Shown: piece after piece, positions 26,474-34,956 of the stretch
Layout: every line of letters begins with the position of its first letter
Position numbering within the stretch: the first letter of the stretch is position 1
Origin: a phage
Sequence record: PX136376.1
DNA: 44,388 bases
Direction: 5' to 3' (one strand)
Made by a program: the position numbers and the translations under genes
The notes under the pieces: generated by a model
What the model saw: the letters and a program-made list of their open reading frames with translations, nothing else
What the model was told of the DNA's origin: nothing
Databases searched by the model: none

Positions 26474-27263
26474 TTACGGCCCCCATGAACGCCTTTATAA
26501 ATTCAGCGGCTACTTGCGGGACGATAGCATTGCCGTAACCGCGCAATCGTCCCACTCTTGCGGATACCCCATGAGTTGCCTCGCAAAATCCGCCTGGTAT
26601 GACTCTAGTTTCCTTATCTGCTCCATGGTTGGGTTTCCATGAATCCCATAAACATGAAGCCACATCTGGCGATAAAGAGTATCGTTCCTGAATTTTCCGT
26701 CCTTTCTGTAAAATGTCTTGCTGAGATCCCCGTAATCCTTCCATCCTCGCGCCGTTGGTGTCGCCCATCCTCGCGCCAAAGATGATTCTTTTCCTTTCCT
26801 GTGGAGAGCCGACGCTGCAAGCTGGCAATACTGACGCCCCGCAGGCGTAGCCTTTGTCTTCCAGGTTAAGGAATACAAAATCGAGCCAGTGCTTCCCAAT
26901 TGCTGCTGCAACCTGCTCTCCAAACAGCAATTCAGGCTTGCACTCTCTGATGAGCCTGAGAAATGCTGGGGCAAGGTGTCGATCGTCGTCAAATCCGAGA
27001 GACTTACCGGCAACGCTAAACGGCTGGCAAGGTGGTGATCCTGTCCAGAGTCGAGTGCTTTCTGGTATTCCTGCCAGCTGGAGTGCAAGGGGCCACCCTC
27101 CGATTCCGGCAAAGAAGTGACACTGTGTAAATCCTTCCAGGTCTGAAGGGGTGACTTCGGTGATTGATCGTTCATCGACATATCCGTAAGGAATTAGTTT
27201 ATTGTTAATTAATTCACGCAGCCACGCGGCTGCGCCTTTATCCCATTCGTTGTAATAGTTCAT
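26466..27263 (-). CDS. DNA (cytosine-5)-methyltransferase
   Basis: motif I FFAGIGG, motif IV PPCQPFS (catalytic Cys), ENV-like EQV, QERKR, C-terminal GNAIV; compact 265 aa. Confidence 0.8.
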   Translation of the reverse strand: MNYYNEWDKGAAAWLRELINNKLIPYGYVDERSITEVTPSDLEGFTQCHFFAGIGGWPLALQLAGIPESTRLWTGSPPCQPFSVAGKSLGFDDDRHLAPAFLRLIRECKPELLFGEQVAAAIGKHWLDFVFLNLEDKGYACGASVLPACSVGSPQERKRIIFGARMGDTNGARMEGLRGSQQDILQKGRKIQERYSLSPDVASCLWDSWKPNHGADKETRVIPGGFCEATHGVSARVGRLRGYGNAIVPQVAAEFIKAFMGAVNE

Positions 27264-27451
27264 TTCGCCACCAGCACCAGCTCTTTACGCCCGAACGCCG
27301 TAACGTTACCCGTTACATCTTCGATAACCAGTTTACCGTTCGACTCGACGAACACCGTATCAACGGCAACAGGACGACGGGTCTTAACGTTGAAAATCAT
27401 GTCGCCTGGTACGATGTCACGTGCTGGTTTGCGGTCATATTCGTGTTTCAT
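27260..27451 (-). CDS. hypothetical protein (63 aa)
   Basis: RBS aagga 8 nt before ATG; overlaps neighbours at both ends. Confidence 0.45.
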   Translation of the reverse strand: MKHEYDRKPARDIVPGDMIFNVKTRRPVAVDTVFVESNGKLVIEDVTGNVTAFGRKELVLVAK

Positions 27452-27767
27452 TTCTAAATTCCTTATATTGTTGGGGTATGTGCTTACTATAATAGTCTGC
27501 TATTAGGGTGTCAATCTGTTTTATCGAACCAACGACAAAAACATTTGCGCCACGTTTACGTATACGCTCGTGTTCCCGTAGCTGGTGCGGGTCTGGCTTA
27601 GTGTTTTCGTCTTTCTTCACCTCGACGAACCAGACGATGCCGCCGGGTAGAATTGCCAGCAGGTCAGGAGCGCCTGAACGTCCTTCGTAGGAAAGTTTAC
27701 GAACGAGGCCACCAATGGCCTCGAATCGCTCTTTTGCGTATTTCTGGATGCGGCCCTCTTTAGTCAT
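27435..27767 (-). CDS. VRR-NUC domain nuclease
   Basis: 110 aa; PDLLAIL...VWFVEVKK pattern consistent with VRR-NUC PD-(D/E)XK core (recalled). Confidence 0.6.
   Translation of the reverse strand: MTKEGRIQKYAKERFEAIGGLVRKLSYEGRSGAPDLLAILPGGIVWFVEVKKDENTKPDPHQLREHERIRKRGANVFVVGSIKQIDTLIADYYSKHIPQQYKEFRNETRI
27486..27514 (-). promoter_or_regulatory. class 2 promoter with palindromic operator (internal to VRR-NUC coding region)
   Basis: minus-strand TTGACA-N17-TATAGT with perfect palindrome TAATAG-tctg-CTATTA in spacer/-10. Confidence 0.45.
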
Positions 27768-27916
27768 GACCGCAGCATCCAGGTAAGGAAAACCCAGCCT
27801 AGAATGGCAACACCGGCAAACTGAAAGAACAGGCCGTAACAGAACATAGCAGCTATTCCCGCACCGAGTAACAGTGTGAGCATGGTTACTATGGTCCTAA
27901 ATACAAACTTTGTCAT
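27764..27916 (-). CDS. small membrane protein (50 aa, two predicted TM helices)
   Basis: MTKFVFRTIVTMLTLLLGAGIAAMFCYGLFFQFAGVAILGWVFLTWMLRS; ATGA overlaps at both ends. Confidence 0.4.
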   Translation of the reverse strand: MTKFVFRTIVTMLTLLLGAGIAAMFCYGLFFQFAGVAILGWVFLTWMLRS

Positions 27917-28002
27917 AATACACACCCCTCACGTTTCGTATGTTCAGTACCGCAGCGCGGACAGATTCGACAGTCTTCTTCATAAAACCAGTAGATTTTC
28001 AT
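27913..28002 (-). CDS. small Cys-rich peptide (29 aa)
   Basis: MKIYWFYEEDCRICPRCGTEHTKREGCVL; ATGA overlaps both neighbours. Confidence 0.3.
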   Translation of the reverse strand: MKIYWFYEEDCRICPRCGTEHTKREGCVL

Positions 28003-28130
28003 TCCAGCACCCACATATAAATTGCGATGAACATGCCCAATATGGCAACCATCATGCCGTATTGACCCTCGTGACAGTAGACACCGGCGGCAAATCCCGC
28101 CAGTACCGCGATAATCAGTTTACTTGGCAT
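27999..28130 (-). CDS. small membrane protein (43 aa)
   Basis: MPSKLIIAVLAGFAAGVYCHEGQYGMMVAILGMFIAIYMWVLE; RBS aaggag 9 nt upstream. Confidence 0.4.
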   Translation of the reverse strand: MPSKLIIAVLAGFAAGVYCHEGQYGMMVAILGMFIAIYMWVLE

Positions 28131-28815
28131 CTCTACATTCTCCTTCAGGCCACCTATTAGGAAAAGACGGTATATGTGAAACTTCTCTCGCCGCTTTTAT
28201 TCTTTTAATGGCGGGACCTATCTCCGTAACCATTTCAATGAATGTAAACCGGTGTCCTCTGGTAAGATTACATGTCTGACAACAAGAAACGCAGTTAGAT
28301 ACTATGTGCCCGCTTGTATTATCTATGCGGTCTACCCCGACTTTTGTAGTGCTTCCGCAATAATGGCATGGCTGTGATATTAGTTTAATAACGCTTTCCA
28401 GTGTTAAATCGCAGATAAGCCCTTTTCCTGAATCTGCTCTTTTGTATCCTAACAAAAGCGCGTACGCCCGCGTCCTTTGGTCCTTATTCACCAGTTCCCT
28501 GCGTTGCTTGTTGAGACACTCCCGGCAATCTTTCCTGATATGAGAGCCATTACTTTTATTTCCTTTCCTGAAGTTTTCCTCTGTTAAAGGTTTTACCTCC
28601 CCACACTTTCTGCATTTAACAGGCTTCCCAGTGAAAACATACCAAGGGCTTTCTCGTCTGGATTTACCTTGTAATTTAAGTTTTTCGTCATACTTTTCCT
28701 TCCTGTTAGCATTTACACACTCTTTACACCAGCGTTGCAGCCCGAGGCGCGTTGACTTTGAAAAATACTCTGTAGTCGCCGGTTTATCTTCGCCGCATCT
28801 TGAACACTTTTTCAT
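28120..28815 (-). CDS. HNH endonuclease with N-terminal zinc-ribbon repeats
   Basis: repeated CxxC...CxxC units; C-terminal HNH-like CHYCG...DRIDN...GH...N; ATG at 28815 with GGAG RBS (ORF-track frame opens at 28827). Confidence 0.65.
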   Translation of the reverse strand: MKKCSRCGEDKPATTEYFSKSTRLGLQRWCKECVNANRKEKYDEKLKLQGKSRRESPWYVFTGKPVKCRKCGEVKPLTEENFRKGNKSNGSHIRKDCRECLNKQRRELVNKDQRTRAYALLLGYKRADSGKGLICDLTLESVIKLISQPCHYCGSTTKVGVDRIDNTSGHIVSNCVSCCQTCNLTRGHRFTFIEMVTEIGPAIKRIKAAREVSHIPSFPNRWPEGECRDAK

Positions 28816-28892
28816 TAATAACTCCAAAAAAAAATACCGACATAGCCATTATATCGGTATTTACATTTTCTACAACGTATTTCCTAAATCTA

Positions 28893-31073
28893 CTACTTGG
28901 CGTATCTGTACATTTCGCTACCTTCTGCTACAAGAGGGAACCCCTCCGCCCACTCCGGTAATTCGCACATCAACCGCTCAAGCTCTGCAACATTGTATTC
29001 TGGCGTATCTGGTGTTTCGCAGATAATTTCGTCGTGTACGTGAAGCACAATAGGATAGCCGTTTGCTTCAACGTTCAGCAGTGCATTGGCCAGCAAATCA
29101 CGGCACAGCGCCTGAGTACAGTTTTCCACGAGTTTACCAGAGTAGGTGTACTGGAAGCCCCACTGACGGGTTAACTGGTTCTCCCCCTGGTACTTGATGC
29201 GTACGTTAGTAGACACTTTTCCATCTTCGTCTGTTTCTTTCGACACGCTTAACCCGACGCCCGGATAAGACATAACGCGACCCGACGGCAACGTCATGCG
29301 CAACCACCAGCCGGCGACTTTGTTGCCGTTGTTGTCTGTCTCTACGTTGCGCGAAAACTTAACCCCCCTAGGCCCCGCGGTGAACTCTTTACCTGGATTG
29401 CGGATAGCGGCCATAGCTGCGTCTTCAATATCTCGCCAGAAAGCTACTGTTTCAGGGTGTGACTCTCGCCACATACGCTTGATAGCGTCACAGGTACGCC
29501 ACACTTTCTTATCAAGAATATACGATGGTCGGTCATCCTTCTCCCCGGGTCGCGGCGGTCGCTTGGCTTCCTGAATACGTGCCCATTCATAGCCGCGTGC
29601 AGTAGCCGCCCAGATGTGGTCCGGGAAAGTACCGTCCATTGTTTTTGACATATCAACAAGGTCAAGTCCGAGGTTCTTAGCAAACTGAACGAAAGCGCCA
29701 ACACCACCAGCGTAGCCGAGGCCAAGCTCGCAGGCTTTACCAATCTGGCGCAAGTCTTTGCGTTCCTTCTTAATGTAATCCGGCTCCATGCCGAACATCT
29801 TACCCGCGGTTACACAGTAAATGTCCAGCCCGGCGCGGAACGTATCTAGCGCGGTTTCTTCGCCTGCCAGCCACGCAAGCCCCCGACCTTCAACGTTAGA
29901 GTAATCGGCGACGACAAACTTTTTTCCGGCTTCCGGGATAATGCAGCTACGCACCGTCGATGCCGTTAGCTTAGCGACATCGAAACGGCGATGCGCGCGG
30001 CCCTTAAGTAACGCTGAAATACCTTTATCCAGTTCATCATCGTGATAGTACCCACGCGCGAGGTTCTGCGGCTGAAATCCTTTACCGGCAAATCGTAATG
30101 TACGCTTGGCTCCGCCGTACTGAATGCAACCACGACGGCGGTCGTCCGACGAGCGCCCTAACAGCAGCGGGTTATATTTCGTTGACGCTGTGGACGCGGC
30201 CCCGAGGCGCATTTCGATAATCGTGCGTGCGTCGTCCGGTAAATCATCATCCGCCAACAGGTCGTTAAGCGTAGACTTCTGCGCGTTGTGGATGCGGTGC
30301 GCTGGTGCAAGTTCACGCAGAATCGGCAGGAAGTCTTTACCAGTAAGCGAGCCGCCGTATTTGCGCTGTGCTTCTTCCTGTAGCTGGGCCTTGTGTTTTT
30401 CCACGGCTTCAATCGCGGCTTCCGCCAGCGTCACATCAACCTTAAACCCACGGTCGTTAATCAACTGGTCCAGTTCCAGTACACGGTCTTCGAACTCGGA
30501 GTTACCCCAACGCGGCAGCTTATGGAAGACTTCACGCATCGCAGTGATGTCGCTCACGGCGTACCTGATGAACATCGCCCACTCGTCAGGGTGAGTTTCT
30601 GCGGTGTAGCGGCGGATTTTGTAGTTCTTCGGCGTCGGTTTAGAGAAACGCTTAATCAGAGCCTTGCCGCGTTTATCTTTCGCGTTGTCTGCAGACACGC
30701 CCAGCACTTCGCACAGCGCATCAAGAGAACCCGGCAGCGCGTGACGGAACGCCCAAATCATAGTATCAATGGTGTTACTTACCGGAATATCAAAGTCCCA
30801 GCAGTGTTTCATGATTAGGCGATCGAAAAGTCCACCGTTGTGCCACACCATCTTGATGCGGCTGTTGGGCTTAACAAGGCGGCGCAGTGCGCGGTGTAAA
30901 TCCCCCGGCATGTCGCTGCCGTCGGTGCAATCCCATACCCGCACAGGTTCGTCGTCAAAAGCATATGTACAGATAAGCACTTCGGTTGACGGGTGTTCGG
31001 CGTAAGCGTAAGAACCGACTTTCTTCAAATCGGCTTCGGAGAATGTTTCAAAGTCCAGGTATAAGTAGCTCAT
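28893..31073 (-). CDS. family A DNA polymerase with 3'-5' exonuclease domain
   Basis: exo motif YLDFETFS; Pol A motif A VVADYSNVEGR; motif B RQIGKACELGLGYAGG; ATG at 31073 with RBS aaggaaaag (ORF-track frame opens at 31127). Confidence 0.9.
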   Translation of the reverse strand: MSYLYLDFETFSEADLKKVGSYAYAEHPSTEVLICTYAFDDEPVRVWDCTDGSDMPGDLHRALRRLVKPNSRIKMVWHNGGLFDRLIMKHCWDFDIPVSNTIDTMIWAFRHALPGSLDALCEVLGVSADNAKDKRGKALIKRFSKPTPKNYKIRRYTAETHPDEWAMFIRYAVSDITAMREVFHKLPRWGNSEFEDRVLELDQLINDRGFKVDVTLAEAAIEAVEKHKAQLQEEAQRKYGGSLTGKDFLPILRELAPAHRIHNAQKSTLNDLLADDDLPDDARTIIEMRLGAASTASTKYNPLLLGRSSDDRRRGCIQYGGAKRTLRFAGKGFQPQNLARGYYHDDELDKGISALLKGRAHRRFDVAKLTASTVRSCIIPEAGKKFVVADYSNVEGRGLAWLAGEETALDTFRAGLDIYCVTAGKMFGMEPDYIKKERKDLRQIGKACELGLGYAGGVGAFVQFAKNLGLDLVDMSKTMDGTFPDHIWAATARGYEWARIQEAKRPPRPGEKDDRPSYILDKKVWRTCDAIKRMWRESHPETVAFWRDIEDAAMAAIRNPGKEFTAGPRGVKFSRNVETDNNGNKVAGWWLRMTLPSGRVMSYPGVGLSVSKETDEDGKVSTNVRIKYQGENQLTRQWGFQYTYSGKLVENCTQALCRDLLANALLNVEANGYPIVLHVHDEIICETPDTPEYNVAELERLMCELPEWAEGFPLVAEGSEMYRYAK

Positions 31074-31245
31074 TTCTTTTTCCTTAAATCCAGTGCCTTC
31101 GTTTCGCTTAATCTTATTTTCATACAATCACGGCAAATCCACACATGCCTGTACCCGGCCCGGTGCCCATCCGCGTACCACGGAAGCGGTTTCATATAGC
31201 GATAAACGTGCTTACAGAAAAACATTATTTTCGACCCCTAGTAAA

Positions 31246-31265
31246 AAGGCCCAATGAAGGGCCTT
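31246..31265 (-). terminator. rho-independent terminator (family copy 4)
   Basis: AAGGCCC-AATGAA-GGGCCTT with T-tract on minus strand, between SSB-like gene and polymerase gene. Confidence 0.55.
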
Positions 31266-31284
31266 AGTTAAATTGATTCAGATA

Positions 31285-31911
31285 TTAGCGGCGGCGACGT
31301 TCGCGGCGCGGTGCTTCATCTTCTTCGTCGTCTTCCAGGTCATTGACGCTCGCAGCGACTTTAGAACCGCCGAACGCTTTGCCTTCGCCAACGTATTTAA
31401 TCGCCAGCAGGTTAACGCCGAGGACTTTGTATTTCTGGCTGAACCAGATTTCAACGCTTACGTTAGCTAAGCATCCGCTGTAAACCTGTTCACCTTCAAT
31501 CTGTTCGCCGTCTACGTTGAAGTCCTGCTCTACCTGAGTCTCACCTTTTTTAGAGGTTACAATCAGCGGCTGTTTCTGTGCCTTCGCTTTGAAGTAGAAG
31601 CCTTCCGGGAAGTCTTCAAACGGATTGTCGCGCTCGGCAATGTCTTTAATCGCGCATTTATCCATGTGCTTACCTTCACCGTAGTTGGACTTCATCCATT
31701 TCTCGGCAGCGGCTGCGCCTAACGCTTCTTCAACTACAGCGTAAACGGTGTCGTAGAGTGCATCGATTTGAGCATGGTCAGACGGCAGGATAATAGTCGC
31801 GCTGTACTGGCCTTTAGTGATTGAGCCATCATCGTTTTCACGGTCTTTTTCGCGTTCGAATACGTTAACCCAAGCAGTGTTTACTTTACGCAGATTCAGT
31901 TTAATACCCAT
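31285..31911 (-). CDS. putative ssDNA-binding protein
   Basis: 208 aa with acidic C-terminal tail (DLEDDEEDE); position between nuclease and polymerase; tentative. Confidence 0.4.
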   Translation of the reverse strand: MGIKLNLRKVNTAWVNVFEREKDRENDDGSITKGQYSATIILPSDHAQIDALYDTVYAVVEEALGAAAAEKWMKSNYGEGKHMDKCAIKDIAERDNPFEDFPEGFYFKAKAQKQPLIVTSKKGETQVEQDFNVDGEQIEGEQVYSGCLANVSVEIWFSQKYKVLGVNLLAIKYVGEGKAFGGSKVAASVNDLEDDEEDEAPRRERRRR

Positions 31912-31970
31912 CGTGATTTCTCGCTTTTAAGTTTCGTTTACTCCGGGAAGCTGCCCGGTCAGTGATTAGA

Positions 31971-31999
31971 ACTATAATAGCTAACTATTCAGGTGTCAA
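31971..31999 (-). promoter_or_regulatory. class 2 promoter with palindromic operator
   Basis: minus-strand TTGACA-N17-TATAGT; palindrome TAATAG-ctaa-CTATTC; ~55 nt upstream of SSB-like gene start. Confidence 0.5.
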
Positions 32000-32188
32000 A
32001 TAAAATTTCGCAATACGGACTATGTTCTCGAAATCATTCATATCAACGGGTTCGAATTCATCCTCCACATGGTTGTATCGCACCATCGTGCCGTTCAGGA
32101 ACGTAAACGATTCCGAATGGATATAACCGCCCCAGCGCCATATCATCACAAAATCTTTATCTGTGGGCATTTCATTTACTTGAATCAT
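31985..32188 (-). CDS. hypothetical protein (67 aa)
   Basis: ORF overlapping upstream nuclease stop by 4 nt. Confidence 0.45.
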   Translation of the reverse strand: MIQVNEMPTDKDFVMIWRWGGYIHSESFTFLNGTMVRYNHVEDEFEPVDMNDFENIVRIAKFYLTPE

Positions 32189-33426
32189 TCTAAATCCTCC
32201 TCTGTTACCCTATTCCACTCAGGACGTTTGTCGTCTGCCGTTGCAACACATGGTGCGCCTGGCTTACGGGTAATGAAGTCTTTCAGTTCTTCTTCCGGTA
32301 TGACTTTAACCGCTTCGGTTGGCGTCATGAGCACTTGCTTCATTAGCGCTATGCCATACTTGCCAGCCACTTTCTCTGCGTCTTTCCACGCACGATTGCC
32401 CGGGCGGCCCTCAACCAGCTTGTACCCCGGCACTTTCTTACCGGAATGCAACGCGGTGGCCATCGCTTTCTCAACCTTGTCGATGTGCTGGCGCAACAAC
32501 GGCAACTTCTCATATTCAGCTACGAGTTGCTCCGGCGTCAGTTCCAGCACAAAGTCGTCTTCCAGTTCTTCCGCCAGTACAGAATTAACCGTCTTTGTAC
32601 GCGCAGCGCATTGTTCAGAGAACCGGCACCACTGACAACCATCTACCGATGGCTTGAAGTCCGACGCTTTCAGGTTCTTCTTGCCACGGAAATACGCATC
32701 AAGCGCTAACAGCGCGCGTTTCTGTGCGAACTTAGCGAACAGTTCCAGTCCTTCAACCGAGATGTCCCACTCTGTCGCGCCCCCAGCGTAAGGCTGGAAG
32801 ATGACCAGACGAACGGTTGTTATGTTATAACGTCTCTTGAGTCGACGATAAACACCGAGAGCGTAAAGCATAAGCTGCTTGTTTTCTTTCGCTTCGACGC
32901 GATGCCGCCCGGTTTTCAGGTCGCCGATAATGAGCATGTGCTCGTCGGTGTTTGCCAGTTCCTGGACAGCAACGAGGTCAGCGGTTCCGAACGTCTCAAC
33001 GCCTTCATACCCCGGATGCAATACCTCAGTAAGATTGACACGCATTTCCAGCTTGGCGTAAGTCGCTACATCGATAATCGCTTTGCAGTAGTCAGTGTAC
33101 TTGCGCACTTGCTCAATCATGTCAGCCGTAATCAGTACCGCGCCCTTCATCGGGCTGATTAGCGCCTTAATCTGGCCTTTACCCTCGTCCAGCACATAAG
33201 CACCAACTTCACGTTCTAACGGCAGCGCAGTGCCACGGATATGAGCGTTGAGATGGACCTCGGCTATGGTGTGACACGCGGTCCCCGTAACAGCAGCTTT
33301 ACCGGACGTGTTAGGAATATCTTTTTCACAGGCCAGTGATGCACTGCACGCCAGCCACTTTTTGGCGCCAGACGGCGACAGTAAGGCGTGCACATCGTTA
33401 TTGCCACCGCGTTCTTTTAGAATCAT
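32185..33426 (-). CDS. PD-(D/E)XK nuclease with Fe-S-type cysteine cluster (Cas4/RecB-like exonuclease)
   Basis: 413 aa; IGDLK core; Cys pairs near N-terminus (LACSASLAC) and C-terminus (CQWCRFSEQC). Confidence 0.6.
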   Translation of the reverse strand: MILKERGGNNDVHALLSPSGAKKWLACSASLACEKDIPNTSGKAAVTGTACHTIAEVHLNAHIRGTALPLEREVGAYVLDEGKGQIKALISPMKGAVLITADMIEQVRKYTDYCKAIIDVATYAKLEMRVNLTEVLHPGYEGVETFGTADLVAVQELANTDEHMLIIGDLKTGRHRVEAKENKQLMLYALGVYRRLKRRYNITTVRLVIFQPYAGGATEWDISVEGLELFAKFAQKRALLALDAYFRGKKNLKASDFKPSVDGCQWCRFSEQCAARTKTVNSVLAEELEDDFVLELTPEQLVAEYEKLPLLRQHIDKVEKAMATALHSGKKVPGYKLVEGRPGNRAWKDAEKVAGKYGIALMKQVLMTPTEAVKVIPEEELKDFITRKPGAPCVATADDKRPEWNRVTEEDLE

Positions 33427-33785
33427 CGTAAACTCTCCAAATACAAGTTTAATGCCTGTAGCTGTTCTTCTGTGGGAATGAAAGAATCATCGCGACGTAA
33501 GTCGCTTAACTGTTGCAGCATTCCTGCGAACTTACGTCTTGCGTCAACAGCGACAATGTGATGCTTTTCACTTTTATATATTAAGGTTTTCGGGTAATCC
33601 TCAATCCTGCCAGACGATTTATTCACGCGGAGTGCGCGATCTTCATGCGCAATGTGTATGTACTTTTTGCCGTTTTGTAGCACAGTAGCTACACCGCTGT
33701 TCTTTCTGCGGTCGCCGACGGTGTAAACTTTGTCGCCGCTGCGCAAATTAAGCCACCATTTATCAGTCATACCCTGTTCTCCCAC
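33423..33785 (-). CDS. hypothetical protein (120 aa)
   Basis: ORF in leftward operon; no motif recognised. Confidence 0.45.
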   Translation of the reverse strand: MGEQGMTDKWWLNLRSGDKVYTVGDRRKNSGVATVLQNGKKYIHIAHEDRALRVNKSSGRIEDYPKTLIYKSEKHHIVAVDARRKFAGMLQQLSDLRRDDSFIPTEEQLQALNLYLESLR

Positions 33786-34039
33786 TGGTCAATTAAATGC
33801 CGTGTCTTGTGGTCGCAATGTAAGGCCCATCCATACATCGACTCGAAGACATAAAAGTCAGGCTTGGCGAAAGTTGTGCGCTTAATCTGTGACACGTGAC
33901 GGCCTATATCTTTAGGCCGTGGTACTTTTCCTAAGTACGCCATCTCTTCCATCTGGTGCGCACCGGACGGAGCACGCAATAGCCATAGCGCTTCTGTGTT
34001 ATCCCGCCTGTCGACGGCTCGGTAGAGTTGGTAAATCAT
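33767..34039 (-). CDS. hypothetical protein (90 aa)
   Basis: ORF in leftward operon. Confidence 0.45.
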   Translation of the reverse strand: MIYQLYRAVDRRDNTEALWLLRAPSGAHQMEEMAYLGKVPRPKDIGRHVSQIKRTTFAKPDFYVFESMYGWALHCDHKTRHLIDQWENRV

Positions 34040-34082
34040 AATTCCGACCCTCAGTTAAAGCGGCCCGAAGGCCGCGAGATAG

Positions 34083-34583
34083 TTATTCTTCTTCGAAATA
34101 CTTGTTCTTGATTGCTGTCAGGCGTTCCAGGTATTCAGCCAGGTCTTCGTCTTTAATCGCTGCAATCTTCATTTTCTTACCTGTGAACTCTTCCAGCAGT
34201 TCATCAGAATCATCGCACGCGGCATCGCTCGGACCTTCGTTAATTGCATCGTCGATAGCCTGAATCTGGTCGCGCAGAGACTTATAGTCTACTTCTTCTT
34301 TCTCTTCTTCCGGCTCTGGCGTCGTTTCCTCTACTTTAGCTTTACGCGGCTTGCGTTTTGGCTTCTCTTCCTCCGCCGGTTTAGTGTCAACTACGTCTTC
34401 ACCTTCAACCGGGATTTCTTTTGTTGCTTCTTCAGCGCACTCAGCTACCGCTTCTTTGGTGTACGATACCGTCTCTACTTCCAGCGGCGTGGCAACCTGA
34501 ACAACTTGTTTCGCACTGTTCGCGGCAATCAGTTCGTGCGCAACTACGAAACGTTCCAGTAATACTAAGAATTTCTCTAACAT
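34083..34583 (-). CDS. highly acidic protein (166 aa), candidate DNA mimic
   Basis: long Glu/Asp-rich segments (EEEKPKRKPRKAKVEETTPEPEEEKEE; DDSDELLEEF); second gene after early leftward promoter. Confidence 0.5.
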   Translation of the reverse strand: MLEKFLVLLERFVVAHELIAANSAKQVVQVATPLEVETVSYTKEAVAECAEEATKEIPVEGEDVVDTKPAEEEKPKRKPRKAKVEETTPEPEEEKEEVDYKSLRDQIQAIDDAINEGPSDAACDDSDELLEEFTGKKMKIAAIKDEDLAEYLERLTAIKNKYFEEE

Positions 34584-34607
34584 TATTTATTCTCCTGTTT
34601 ATTTGGG

Positions 34608-34835
34608 CTACTCGCCGTCGCCTTCTGTAAGGCTATCGTCTATTAATTCAAATTTACCGTTTGGGTGTTGAATAGCTTCTTGCCCGCAATGGTCGCAGAC
34701 AACAAGTTTATCGAACCCATCAAACTCATCCCCTACTACGCAAGAAAGTACAAATTTATGTTTTGTGCACACTTCTTGCGGAGCGCCGAAAATTGCTCGA
34801 AAACCTTTAGCTATGGCCCCAGTGATTGTGTTCAT
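34608..34835 (-). CDS. small zinc-ribbon-like protein (75 aa)
   Basis: Cys pattern C-x8-C...C-x2-C; first gene downstream of class 2 promoter. Confidence 0.45.
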   Translation of the reverse strand: MNTITGAIAKGFRAIFGAPQEVCTKHKFVLSCVVGDEFDGFDKLVVCDHCGQEAIQHPNGKFELIDDSLTEGDGE

Positions 34836-34863
34836 ATCTGCCCCTCTCGTTTGGTATGGGCTA

Positions 34864-34893
34864 ACTATAATAGCGAACTATTCACATGTCAAT
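34864..34893 (-). promoter_or_regulatory. class 2 promoter with palindromic operator O1
   Basis: minus-strand TTGACA-N17-TATAGT; palindrome TAATAG-cgaa-CTATTC. Confidence 0.5.
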
Positions 34894-34911
34894 GGGCTTT
34901 TCTAAAATAAT

Positions 34912-34927
34912 TAATATGGTACTATTC
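34912..34927. promoter_or_regulatory. second operator-like site O2
   Basis: TAATAT-ggta-CTATTC, one mismatch from O1 half-site; ~30 bp upstream of the HTH gene start. Confidence 0.4.
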
Positions 34928-34956
34928 ACATATCAACTGACTAAGGAGTAATTGAC

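Noticed and set aside
26510-27181. 223-aa minus-strand ORF overlapping the methyltransferase gene in another frame
   Set aside because: The alternative frame carries the complete C5-methyltransferase motif set; this frame has none.
32069-32635. 188-aa plus-strand ORF antisense to the PD-(D/E)XK nuclease gene
   Set aside because: Ser-rich low-complexity product, antisense to a motif-supported gene.
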